A stretch of 64,000 nucleotides of DNA from an uncultured Gemmatimonadales bacterium (GCA_963716255.1 OY970303.1:2560001-2624000); one strand, 5' to 3'. Shown: positions 29,211 to 38,130, counted from the stretch's first letter. Notes: generated by a model from the letters alone, not told the origin. Numbers and translations: made by a program.

Positions 29211-29756
29211 CTACACCCCCCGCTCGCGGAACAGCTTCAGCCGCAGCACCACCCGGTCCACCAGCCGGTCCGGCGGCCACGCCTCCGCGTACTCGGCCAC
29301 GGCCAGCGCGATCTCCGCCTTGACCCGGCGCCAGGGCGTCTGCCCCTTCCGCACGTCGGCGATCCACCACCCGGGCACCAGGTCCGCCAGCGCGAACAGG
29401 TCCGCGATGCGCTCCGGCATGGCCATGTACCCCTCGTCCGACAGGTACACCGCCCCCTCCACATCCCCCGCCAGCACGTGCGCGATCTCGTGGCGGAAGG
29501 CGAAGAGCCGGTCGGTGCGCTCCGCGCTGCGGTTGACGAGCACCGGGTACGCGTCCGCGCACCGGGGAAGCGTCATGGCGATGGTGTCCGACTGGAACGG
29601 GAACACCTCCACGTGGCACCCCGCTCCCCGCAGCAGCGCCGACAGCTGGTCGGTGCGCAGCGGCGCGTAGTGCCCGGCGTAGTCCGCGACCATTCCCCGC
29701 GCGTCCTCCACCAGCCGCGCCGCCACGGACAGGATGCGCTCCTCGTCAGAGCTCAT
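29211..29756 (-). CDS. ImmA/IrrE family metallo-endopeptidase
   Basis: LVN...DRLFAFRHEIAH...ERIADLFA; overlaps the XRE gene. Confidence 0.85.
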   Translation of the reverse strand: MSSDEERILSVAARLVEDARGMVADYAGHYAPLRTDQLSALLRGAGCHVEVFPFQSDTIAMTLPRCADAYPVLVNRSAERTDRLFAFRHEIAHVLAGDVEGAVYLSDEGYMAMPERIADLFALADLVPGWWIADVRKGQTPWRRVKAEIALAVAEYAEAWPPDRLVDRVVLRLKLFRERGV

Positions 29757-30201
29757 CGCCTTCCACGCGGTCGCGCAGCTCGTACCACCAGTTGGGAAGG
29801 AGCCCGCGGGCGGTCAGCATCCGCCGCAGCCCCTCCAGCGCGTCCAGCTTGCGCAGCTTTTCCTGCCCCGCCGGGCCGATGCCGCCCACGAAGCGGGCGA
29901 TGGAGTCGAGCGAGGCGAACATCTCCTCGGCCTCCTCGCCCCCCTCCTCCCCCGGAGGCGGCGCGCTCAGCTCCACCCCTCCCGCCTCCTGTCCCGTGAG
30001 GAGCCAGTCGGGGTCCACGTCACCCCACTCGGCGATCCGCTCCACGTGGTAGCGGTGCGGCACCGAGCCGCCCGTTTCCCAGCGTGCGATGGAGCCGGGG
30101 TGCACCCCCAGCCTGTCCGCCAGCTCCGTCCGGTCCCAGCCCAGCCTTTCCCGCACCTTCCGGAGGCGGAACCCGACCGATCGCCGAATCGCTACATTCA
30201 T
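29746..30201 (-). CDS. XRE/Cro-CI family HTH repressor
   Basis: RLRKVRERLGW...ELADRLGV...SIARWETG..P...DWLLTG. Confidence 0.92.
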   Translation of the reverse strand: MNVAIRRSVGFRLRKVRERLGWDRTELADRLGVHPGSIARWETGGSVPHRYHVERIAEWGDVDPDWLLTGQEAGGVELSAPPPGEEGGEEAEEMFASLDSIARFVGGIGPAGQEKLRKLDALEGLRRMLTARGLLPNWWYELRDRVEGDEL

Positions 30202-30230
30202 AACACTTAAACGCTCCTTTCTTTACACCC

Positions 30231-30258
30231 TTGACAGGCGCTCACAAGAGGTTAAGAT
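30231..30258 (+). promoter_or_regulatory. Sigma70-like promoter TTGACA-N16-TAAGAT divergent from the XRE gene
   Basis: Near-consensus hexamers in an AT-rich divergent spacer. Confidence 0.6.
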
Positions 30259-30393
30259 TGTTGCAGAATGTTTACGGAGCCCCGCATCACCCTGCCACAA
30301 ATGTTAGGCAGGATAGTCGCGGCCCCGGCCACATGCAAGGGTTTGGCCCACCGTCCACGGCTGGCGTGCCGGACGCAAACAGGAGGAGTCGCA

Positions 30394-30708
30394 GTGTTAG
30401 ACGCCATCGCATCGCAGAGGCTCGGTCCCGGCGAGGGACCACGCTTCGCCGCCCGCACAAGACCGCCGGTCCCGTGGGACCCGGAGAGCGCCGCGCAGGA
30501 TGGGGAGCCCTCCGAGGCACAGCTGCTCCGCCTGGCCTCTAACTGCCCACGCTGCGGCTCGCGTCCCGCGCTCCGCATCACCACGGAGGTGGCGCGGCTT
30601 CTCACGGACGCGGCGAACGGAGCCCGGCTGGGCACCTACCAGTGCCAGCGGCGCGGCTGCGGAGCGATCTACGACCTGGTCGCGGGGGAGTTCCTCGCCG
30701 AGGAATAG
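30394..30708 (+). CDS. Ogr/Delta-like Cys4 zinc-finger protein, paralog 1
   Basis: AGGAGGAG RBS with GTG start; C-x2-C-x29-C-x4-C. Confidence 0.72.
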   Translation: MLDAIASQRLGPGEGPRFAARTRPPVPWDPESAAQDGEPSEAQLLRLASNCPRCGSRPALRITTEVARLLTDAANGARLGTYQCQRRGCGAIYDLVAGEFLAEE

Positions 30709-30800
30709 GCACGGGTCTCCGGCCACCGCCGGAGTGAGACGGAATACGTCCCGGAGGAAGCCGAAGACAGACCGAAACTAAGCTCTGGAGACAGGCCGGT

Positions 30801-30848
30801 AAAGGCCCCCAACTCGGCACAGTGACCGAGCCAGGGGGCTTTTTTTTT
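30801..30848 (+). terminator. Intrinsic terminator-like hairpin with long T run
   Basis: GCCCCC..CTCGG-loop-CCGAG..GGGGGC followed by a T tract. Confidence 0.7.
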
Positions 30849-30968
30849 GTGCCCCCGATACCCACGCGGGACCGGGACCCGTGCCGGGCGGATCCCGTGG
30901 TCGTCCGCCCCGCACTCTCCCTCCGCCCCCCCGCGCGGGTACCGCACCCCCCAACGAGAGGAAGTGCC

Positions 30969-31298
30969 ATGCGCCGGACTCAGACGCTCGCGCCCGCGGG
31001 GCAGCGGCCGCCCGCCCCCGCCAGCAACGTTCCGCCCCTGGCCGCCGGCGGCGGAGGAGGGGTTCCCAGGCACCCGGAGCAGCGGGGGGGCCGCCTGGTC
31101 CGACTCGCCACGAGCTGCCCGCGGTGCGGCTCCCGCCCCGCGCTGCGGGTGACGGAGGACCTCGTCCGCGGCATCCACGCGCCCGGGGAGCCGACCCGCA
31201 TCGGCACCTACCAGTGCCACCGCCGCGGGTGCGGCACCATCTACGACCTGTACGTGGACACCCGGCTGCTGGAGACGGAGCCGGGCGGCGCCCACTGA
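30969..31298 (+). CDS. Ogr/Delta-like Cys4 zinc-finger protein, paralog 2
   Basis: GAGAGGAAG RBS; RLATSCPRCGSRPALR...GTYQCHRRGCG.IYDL, same Cys spacing as paralog 1. Confidence 0.75.
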   Translation: MRRTQTLAPAGQRPPAPASNVPPLAAGGGGGVPRHPEQRGGRLVRLATSCPRCGSRPALRVTEDLVRGIHAPGEPTRIGTYQCHRRGCGTIYDLYVDTRLLETEPGGAH

Positions 31299-31366
31299 CC
31301 ACCCGGCCGTCGCCCGGCGCGCGCACGACGCCGCCGGCGGCCCACCACCCGGCAAGGAGGATCTTC

Positions 31367-31423
31367 ATGCGTCGCATCCGCCACGCCCCGCCCGCGCGGG
31401 GCGCTCCCGGAGGGTGGTGGTGA
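31367..31423 (+). CDS. Candidate 18-aa peptide MRRIRHAPPARGAPGGWW
   Basis: AAGGAGG 6 nt before the ATG; stop overlaps the next start (TGATG). Confidence 0.4.
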   Translation: MRRIRHAPPARGAPGGWW

Positions 31424-31989
31424 TGAATGCCCCACCCCTGTTTTCCGCGCAGCTCCCCGGCCCCCTGGTGCAGCCGGGAAGCCCCGTGGACCCCGCGACC
31501 GCCCTGCCCGGGACATCGCCCACCGGCCAGCCCGGCGACCCGCTGGGCACGGTGGGCATCGCCCTGCTCGCCTACGGGCTGGTGCAGCTCCTGTCGCGCG
31601 TGGTGGACCGGCTCCCCTTCGGCCGTCCGGGCGCGGCGGAAGGCGGGGAAAGCGGCTTCGGTCGCGACGACCGCAAGCGCATCGAGCGGCTGGTGGAGAT
31701 CGCGGCCGCCGACCACGCGCGAATCGAGCGCATGCAGGAGGAGCTCAAGGAGGTGTACGACTACGCCCGCTGGGCGACGGAGCAGCGGCGCCGCCCGGGC
31801 GGCGCCGTGGAGGAGGGATCCTGGCGGCACCGGGTGGAGGGGCTGCTCGACCAGGTGGCCACCAACCAGCGGCTCATCGGCCAGGCGCTGGGCGAGCTGC
31901 GCGAGATGCAGGGCAAGCTGGACAACGTCCTGCGCAAGCTGCGGGCGCTCTGGATCCGCGTGGGCCAGCGCCGCAACGACCGCAAGTAG
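31423..31989 (+). CDS. Hypothetical single-TM coiled-coil protein
   Basis: GGAGG RBS; TM GTVGIALLAYGLVQLL; heptad-rich C-terminus. Confidence 0.7.
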   Translation: MNAPPLFSAQLPGPLVQPGSPVDPATALPGTSPTGQPGDPLGTVGIALLAYGLVQLLSRVVDRLPFGRPGAAEGGESGFGRDDRKRIERLVEIAAADHARIERMQEELKEVYDYARWATEQRRRPGGAVEEGSWRHRVEGLLDQVATNQRLIGQALGELREMQGKLDNVLRKLRALWIRVGQRRNDRK

Positions 31990-32256
31990 GACCGCGCCGC
32001 AGCTCCGGCCTACACCTGCTCCGGCCGGCTGCGGGGAGACGGAGGCGGGGGAGAGGCTGCCGCCCCCGCCGGCGGCTCCGCCGCTTCCCCCGCCGCGGCG
32101 GCCGGCGGACGCGGCCGGCGCACCGCGCAAGGGCCCTCCGCGAGGAGAAAGTAGATCATCGAGGGACCTCTTTGCCGGGGCTGCGCTTCCGTCGCCAGGG
32201 CGAAACGATAAGACCCTCTCCGCATGGCGTCAATAATGTTATGAAAAGAGATCGCG

Positions 32257-32285
32257 TTGACAATTCAAACGCGCGGTCGTAAGTT
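32257..32285 (+). promoter_or_regulatory. Sigma70-like promoter TTGACA-N17-TAAGTT
   Basis: Consensus -35 with exact 17-nt spacer. Confidence 0.6.
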
Positions 32286-32478
32286 AGTCGCCGGATGGAT
32301 TCAACACGCAGACCGGCCGACACGCGCCCCCTGCCCGAACAATTACGGGCGCGGGGCCTCGTCGCGTTCACCACGCGGGGGAGGGAGAGGTGATCGCCAT
32401 CCGCGCACGGCTCGCCGCCTGGAGCCGGTGGCTCAGGTCCGGGCAGCGACGTCTCCCCCAGGCAGGGCCACGTAATTC

Positions 32479-32507
32479 TTGACACACCGTTAGGCGTAAA
32501 CTACCTT
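32479..32507 (+). promoter_or_regulatory. Sigma70-like promoter TTGACA-N17-TACCTT
   Basis: Consensus -35 with exact 17-nt spacer, about 400 nt upstream of the cold-shock gene. Confidence 0.55.
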
Positions 32508-32907
32508 GACCCGCCGTCGGCACCGGATCCCATCATCGCCGCCGCCCCGCCCGGCCACGCCGGCCACGGGCGCGCGTCCATCAGGTCCCGCTCTGGTACG
32601 TCCTTTCGGAGACACCCGTGTGGCCGTGTGAGGAAGTCGGGGAGAAGGATCGGCCGGGCCGGGCGCTCCGCGGGCGCCGTGGCCAGCCCGCTCGCTCCGG
32701 GCTCTTCGCCTGCGTGCACCCGAAACGCTTCCACGAGAACCGGCGAGGCCGGGAAACAACAGCGCCGTGGCCGCCCTGCGGCACAGGCTGAATCTGCGCG
32801 GGAACGCCCAGCGTGGGGGGCGCGGCTAGTCCGGATGGCCCACGAGTACCTGTCGGCTGGTGCGGCGCTGCCGAACCCCGATCTAACCACCACACAGGAG
32901 TCGTAGT

Positions 32908-33126
32908 ATGAGGATCAGCGGAACGGTGAAGTGGTTCAACGACGCCAAGGGCTTTGGCTTCATCACGCCGGCCAACGGAGAAAAGGACTGCTTCGTCCAC
33001 TACTCCGCCATCCAGGGGAACGGCTTCAAGTCCCTGGCGGAAGGCGAGGCGGTCGAGTTCGACCTCGTCCAGGGCGAGAAGGGCCCGGCGGCCGAGAACG
33101 TGGCGCGCGTCGGGGCGGCCGGCTGA
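32908..33126 (+). CDS. Cold-shock protein (CspA family)
   Basis: [22 protein letters not shown] and GPAAENV motifs. Confidence 0.97.
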   Translation: MRISGTVKWFNDAKGFGFITPANGEKDCFVHYSAIQGNGFKSLAEGEAVEFDLVQGEKGPAAENVARVGAAG

Positions 33127-33155
33127 GCCGGTCCAGCCAGCACGACAGCACGAGG

Positions 33156-33190
33156 CGAGGCGCCGGGTCCCCTGCGGGTCCGGCGCCTCG
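33156..33190. terminator. GC-rich hairpin between the convergent csp and murB genes
   Basis: CGAGGCGCCGG...CCGGCGCCTCG. Confidence 0.55.
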
Positions 33191-33219
33191 TCGCATGTGC
33201 CACCTGACACCCGGACGCG

Positions 33220-34170
33220 TCAGAACTCCCCGATCATCCCGATCTCGGTGCGCAGCTCGTGCCCCAGCTCGCGCTGCACCGTGGTCTGCGCCAGGTCGAT
33301 CAGCGCGCGCACGTCCGCGGCGGTGGCGCCGCCCAGGTTGACGATGATGTTGGCGTGCTTGTGGAAGATCTGCGCGTTCCCCAGCACGTGCCCCTTGAGC
33401 CCGCACTGGTCGATCAGCCTCCCCGCGCCCACCCCCTCGATCTTCTGGAAGATGGACCCGGCGCTGGGGTACAGCCACAGGTCCGGGTGCCGGTCGTCGC
33501 GCCACTGCAGGTTCTCGCGGATCACGTCGCGGAGCGTCTCGCGCGGCTGCGGCTCCAGGCGGAAGGTGACGTCCAGCACCACGTCGCGCCGGTCGTGCAG
33601 CACGCTGTAGTCGTACCCGAAGCGGAAGTAGTCGCGGTCCACCTCCCGCACCTCGCCCTCCTCGGTGAGGAGCGAAGCGCCCTCCACCACCTCCTCGATG
33701 AACATGGTCCGCTCGCGCTCCGGCGGCGGCGAGAGGAAGTGCAGGTTCTGCCAGATGGCGCCGCCCACCGTGCTGGGGATCCCCACGTAGTGGTGCAGCC
33801 CGCCCAGCCCGCGCGCCACGGTGGCCTGGATGAGGTCGTGGTACACGCGCACCCCGGAGCCGGCGCGGACGCGCGTGTCGTCCAGGAACTCCACCTCCTC
33901 CACCTCGTTCTTGATCACCACCCCGCGGAAGCCGCGGTCCCCCACCAGGATGTTGGCCCCCATCCCCAGCAGGAAGAAGGGAACCTCCAGCTCCCGGACG
34001 ACGCTCACCGCCTCCGCCAGCTCCCGCGGCGTCCTGGCCCGGTACATCAGGTCCGCGGGCCCGCCGATCTTGAAGGTGGTGAAGGGCGCCAGCGGCACGT
34101 CGCGCTCGATGCGGTGGGCGCTCAGGCGGCGGGCGAGCTCGTCGCTCGGGAGCTGGACTGTATCGGGCAT
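33220..34170 (-). CDS. murB: UDP-N-acetylmuramate dehydrogenase
   Basis: TTFKIGGPAD, LG.G.NILV.D.G, GIP.TVGGA, FGY..S, PSAGS.F and KHAN.IVN.G motifs. Confidence 0.92.
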   Translation of the reverse strand: MPDTVQLPSDELARRLSAHRIERDVPLAPFTTFKIGGPADLMYRARTPRELAEAVSVVRELEVPFFLLGMGANILVGDRGFRGVVIKNEVEEVEFLDDTRVRAGSGVRVYHDLIQATVARGLGGLHHYVGIPSTVGGAIWQNLHFLSPPPERERTMFIEEVVEGASLLTEEGEVREVDRDYFRFGYDYSVLHDRRDVVLDVTFRLEPQPRETLRDVIRENLQWRDDRHPDLWLYPSAGSIFQKIEGVGAGRLIDQCGLKGHVLGNAQIFHKHANIIVNLGGATAADVRALIDLAQTTVQRELGHELRTEIGMIGEF

Positions 34171-34266
34171 TCGGCGAATGGGTTCGGTTTTGAGACGGCG
34201 GGACGGCCCCACCCGGTTGCAAGGGTGGTGCCCGACAGGACAGGAACGGCTTGTTACGGCAGGTTC

Positions 34267-34399
34267 GGGCGTGCCCCCGGCTGGCGCCGGGGTCGGGCTT
34301 CGGCTCCGTAAGCCCGCAAACAACGCGGGCTGACGGAGTCGAGCCCCGGCGGAAACAGCCCCGCCGGGTCTCGCCCCTTCGGGCCGGAATCCCTCACGC
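34267..34399 (+). repeat. Structured repeat family A, copy 5
   Basis: Family A consensus. Confidence 0.95.
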
Positions 34400-34466
34400 G
34401 ACGGCAGGCCCCCTCCCCCCGGCCCCCTCCCCCGCAAGGGGGAGAGGGGGAGCACTGCGGAACAAC

Positions 34467-34661
34467 AAAAAGCGCCCCCGCCAGGAAGTCCTGGTGGGGG
34501 CGCCGTTCGCAGTTTCGTCGTACCCATATCCATCGGCTCGGAGGGAGACCGGCGGCAGTTTGCCGGGCTCACTCCGGCGGAGGGAAACCCGCAGGCAGTT
34601 TGGCGGGGTTCCCGGAGCCCGCGAAGGAGACGGACAGCAGTATCGTCCGGCTCCGGAGCGG
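34467..34661 (-). repeat. Structured repeat family B, copy 3
   Basis: Reverse complement aligns with 20475-20666; ends in a hairpin plus T tract. Confidence 0.88.
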
Positions 34662-34683
34662 ACCACACCCAGCCCGGACGAAA

Positions 34684-35559
34684 TCAGCGGGCTTTTCGCA
34701 GCCGCACGTCCCCGCTGAGCGTGGTGACGTACAGCTCGCGCCCTCCCTGGCCCAGGGTCCCACGGGCGCGCCGGCGCATGGAGCGCCGCTCCACGTCCAG
34801 CGGGAAGTCGGACTCGATGTCGCCGCTCATGGTCTCCACCCGCACCTCGGTGCTGGTACGCGCGGGAAGCTCCAGGGTGATGTCGCCGCTGACGGTGCGG
34901 AAGTCCAGCTCGCCGCTCCACCCGCCGCTCCCCAGCACGGCGACGATCTCGCCGCTGACGGTGGAGGCCTCGCCGAAGCCGGAGGTGGAGATGCGCACGT
35001 CGCCGCTCACGCTGCGCGCGTCCACGTAGCCCCGCATCCCCTCCGCGTCCACGTCGCCCGACACGTTGTGGGCCGCCAGCCGCACCCCGGCCGGAACGCG
35101 CACCGTGAAGTCCACAGACACGTCGTCGTCGTCGCGGGCGCCCGGCCCGCGCCGGTCGCCCTGCTCGCAGCGGCCGCGCCCGCCCTCCGCCTCCCGCTCC
35201 CCGCTCCGGCGCCCGTCGCCGTCGCCCGGCCAGTTCCCCCGCGGGTACACGGCGCACACCGTCACGCCGCCGTCGTGCGGCACCACCTCGATCCGCACCG
35301 ACCCGGGGTCGCCGCGCCGCGCCCTGCGGATGGCGGTCACCTCCACCTCGCTCCCGGACGCCGGGAGGGCGCGGATGGTCCCAAGCACGCCCCGGACTTC
35401 GATGGTCTTACCCGAAGCGATCCTGCCGCTCCAGCGAAAGGGCTGCTCCTGCACCGTGGCGGGGAGCGCCGCGGGCGCGGGGCCCGGGATGGAAGACCCG
35501 GCCGGGGCGGCGGCCAGCGCCCCGGCGGACACGGCGGCGATCAGCAGGTAGCGGTGCAT
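34684..35559 (-). CDS. Secreted DUF4097 family protein
   Basis: Signal peptide; repeated (T/S)VSGD units. Confidence 0.85.
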   Translation of the reverse strand: MHRYLLIAAVSAGALAAAPAGSSIPGPAPAALPATVQEQPFRWSGRIASGKTIEVRGVLGTIRALPASGSEVEVTAIRRARRGDPGSVRIEVVPHDGGVTVCAVYPRGNWPGDGDGRRSGEREAEGGRGRCEQGDRRGPGARDDDDVSVDFTVRVPAGVRLAAHNVSGDVDAEGMRGYVDARSVSGDVRISTSGFGEASTVSGEIVAVLGSGGWSGELDFRTVSGDITLELPARTSTEVRVETMSGDIESDFPLDVERRSMRRRARGTLGQGGRELYVTTLSGDVRLRKAR

Positions 35560-35592
35560 GGTCGATTTCTCGCTGGAAGGGGGAGACGGGGG

Positions 35593-36591
35593 TCACGGCA
35601 CCTGGGGCGGGCGGGGCGGCCGCGGCGGGGCCTCGCCCCCGCTCCCCGGCCCGATGGTGCCGCGGGCCCGAGGCGCGGCCGCGCGTGCACGCTCCCGCTC
35701 GGCGGCCCGGGCGCGGGCCGCGTTCAGCTGGCTGGCGACCTCGCCGGGGCGGCGCAGCTGCACGTCGCCGGAAAAGGTCTCCATCTCCACCTGTGCGCTC
35801 CCCGAGCCCAGGGTGTAGGCGAAGCGCCGGCCCGGGTCGTCGCCGCGGGAGGGGAGCGGGAAGCTGGCGTCCACGTCGCCGCTCAGCGTGGCGACGGAGA
35901 TGGTGGCGTCCGTCCCCTCGGGCACCGAGACCACCACGTCGCCGCTGTGGGTCACGAACGAGTAGCGGCCGCGCGGCTGGATGGTGCCGTCGTAGTAGAC
36001 GTCGCCGCTCAACGCGCCGACCTCCACGCGGCCGGAGGTGATCCGCTCCAGGTAGGTGTCGCCGCTCACCGTCTCCGTGTACACCTCGCCGGAGGCGCCC
36101 ACGACCCGCACGTCCTCGCTGGTGGAGGCGGCGCGGACCTGCCCCTGCGCGCCCTCCACCAGCACCTCGCCCTGCACCGAGCGGGCGGACACGGTGCCGC
36201 GCCCGCCGCGGATGGTGATGCCGCCCATCACCGACTGCGCGGACACCTCGCCCTGGGCGCCCTGCACGTCGATCTCGGTGTGCATCCCGGATAGGTCCAG
36301 GCTCATGGAGGCGGGGACGGTGATGCGGAAGTCCACGATGTTGGCCGGGCCGTAGCGGGAGCGGGCCCGCACCCGCACGACGGAGCCGGAGCTTTCCACC
36401 TCCACTTCGGTGCGGGAGGAGTGCTCGGCCTCGACGCGGACGGCGTTGCGCTCCCAGGTGCGGACGGTGATGTCCCCGCCCATGTTGCGCACCTCCAGCC
36501 GGGCCCCGGGCTGGACGGTGAAGGTGGTGTCGGTCTGGGGGGCCGCGGCGAGCGCCGCGGCCAGGATCCCCCCTGCGATGGTGGCGAGCAT
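35593..36591 (-). CDS. Secreted DUF4097 family protein
   Basis: Signal peptide; repeated T.SGDV units. Confidence 0.85.
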   Translation of the reverse strand: MLATIAGGILAAALAAAPQTDTTFTVQPGARLEVRNMGGDITVRTWERNAVRVEAEHSSRTEVEVESSGSVVRVRARSRYGPANIVDFRITVPASMSLDLSGMHTEIDVQGAQGEVSAQSVMGGITIRGGRGTVSARSVQGEVLVEGAQGQVRAASTSEDVRVVGASGEVYTETVSGDTYLERITSGRVEVGALSGDVYYDGTIQPRGRYSFVTHSGDVVVSVPEGTDATISVATLSGDVDASFPLPSRGDDPGRRFAYTLGSGSAQVEMETFSGDVQLRRPGEVASQLNAARARAAERERARAAAPRARGTIGPGSGGEAPPRPPRPPQVP

Positions 36592-36619
36592 GGGTGCGTG
36601 TCTCGGGTCGAAGAGTGGG

Positions 36620-37507
36620 TCAGGTGATCGCGGTCACGATGTCGCTCGCCTCGCGGAGCAGCTCCAGCTTGCGCTGGCGGGTGCCGGCGAGGTAGGTGTT
36701 CAGCCGCGCGTTCGCGGGATCCGCCGCCAGCGCGCGGCGCGCGTCCTCGATCGCGGCGTCGATGGTGCCCAGGCTCTCCTCCAGCACCTGCACGGTGCGG
36801 GGGTCCAGCCGGTCGCGCCCCTGCTCCAGCACGGCCTGCAGGTCGGCCACCGCGGCATCGTACGCCGGGTCCTCGTAGCCCGCGAAGCGGGCGGAGCCCT
36901 GGGCGCCCGGCCCCGCGGGCGTGCCGCGGCGCGGCAGCGCGCGGCCGGTGCGGGGCGGGGACGCCGCCGCGCCGGAGTCGCCGCGTGCGGGCGGGCTCGG
37001 GGCGAGGCCGCTTTCGCCGCCGGGCGCGGCCGGGCTCCCGCTCCCCTGCGGGTCCGGGGCGGCCGGGGCCCGCTCCACGCCCGCGGGTGCGTCGCGGGTC
37101 ACCTGCACCGCCGCGGCCACGGTGGCCGGGCCGGGAACGCCCTGTGGGCCGCCGCGGAGCACCAGCCACACCGAGCCGGCGGAGGCCAGCGCCAGCACCA
37201 GGCCGGCGGCGAGGAGCTGGGGAACGGAAAAGGAGACCCGGCGCCGGTCCCGCTTCGCGTCGAAGAGGGAGACCACCCGGGCCTCCGGCGGCGCCTGCCG
37301 GATCCTCCGCTCGATCCCCGCCCACAGCTCCGCCTCCGGCTCGCGGTCGCGGAGCGCGGCCGCCCCGCCGACGATGCGGCGCAGGTCCGCCAGCACTTCC
37401 CGGCACCCGGCGCACGAAGCTAGGTGCGCCTCCAGCTCCCGCGCCTCGTCCGCGGCGAGCTCGCCGTCCAGGTATTCCGAGAGTCGATCCGTCCAGCGAT
37501 CACTCAT
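36620..37507 (-). CDS. Zinc-binding (ZAS) anti-sigma factor
   Basis: LSEYLDGEL...HLASCAGC motif; TM segment. Confidence 0.88.
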   Translation of the reverse strand: MSDRWTDRLSEYLDGELAADEARELEAHLASCAGCREVLADLRRIVGGAAALRDREPEAELWAGIERRIRQAPPEARVVSLFDAKRDRRRVSFSVPQLLAAGLVLALASAGSVWLVLRGGPQGVPGPATVAAAVQVTRDAPAGVERAPAAPDPQGSGSPAAPGGESGLAPSPPARGDSGAAASPPRTGRALPRRGTPAGPGAQGSARFAGYEDPAYDAAVADLQAVLEQGRDRLDPRTVQVLEESLGTIDAAIEDARRALAADPANARLNTYLAGTRQRKLELLREASDIVTAIT

Positions 37508-37521
37508 TGGGGTCTCCTCTT

Positions 37522-38070
37522 TCACTTCAGGTGCTCGCGCAGTATCATGCGCGCCCGATGGAGCTGCGACTTCGACGTCCCGACCGAGATCCCGAGCAGT
37601 TCCGCGATCTCCTCGTGGCGGTACCCCTCCACGTCGAACAGCACGAAGATCTGCCGCGCGCCGTCGGGGAGCCGGCCGATCGCCACGTCGAAGTCCATGG
37701 CCAGCTCCGGCGTGCTGGGGCGGGCCGCGGCCGTCGCCATCGCCGCGTCGTCCTCGCGGAACCGGTCCCGCCGCGTCGCCGCCGAGGCCCGGCGGGCGAG
37801 GATCAGGTTGATGGCCAGGCGGTGCAGCCAGGTCCCGAACGCCGCCTCGCCCCGGAAGGTCTTCAGCTTCTCCCAGGCCCGCACGAACACGTCCTGGGTG
37901 GCCTCGTCCGCCTCGTCCGGCCCCATCATCCGCCGGGCGAGCGTGTGGATCCGGGCGGCGTGGGCGCGGTACAGCCTCTCGAAGGCGCCCGCGTCGCCGC
38001 TGGCGGCCAGCAGCGCGTCGACGGCGTCTCCCGAGGGGGTTGCTTGCGGGGGTCTGGTCAGGGTCGTCAC
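37522..38070 (-). CDS. ECF RNA polymerase sigma factor
   Basis: GD..AFERLY, DEATQDVF.RAW, TWLHRLAIN and HEEIAELLG...GTSKSQLHRAR motifs; GTG start inferred. Confidence 0.93.
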   Translation of the reverse strand: MTTLTRPPQATPSGDAVDALLAASGDAGAFERLYRAHAARIHTLARRMMGPDEADEATQDVFVRAWEKLKTFRGEAAFGTWLHRLAINLILARRASAATRRDRFREDDAAMATAAARPSTPELAMDFDVAIGRLPDGARQIFVLFDVEGYRHEEIAELLGISVGTSKSQLHRARMILREHLK

Positions 38071-38100
38071 TCCGGGCGGTCCGGGTTCGGGTTCACCCGG

Positions 38101-38130
38101 TTGGACGGGAGGGGGCGGGAAAAGGTTGGA
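38101..38130 (-). promoter_or_regulatory. Candidate autoregulatory ECF promoter CAACC-N16-CGTC
   Basis: AAC/CGT-type motif about 30 nt upstream of the sigma gene start. Confidence 0.55.

Noticed and set aside
29211..31989. Intact prophage or ICE
   Set aside because: No integrase, att repeats, replication, conjugation or structural genes.
34267..34399. Family A as a tRNA or hammerhead ribozyme
   Set aside because: No T-loop with CCA end and no CTGAnGA/GAAA core; other ribozyme classes cannot be excluded by eye.
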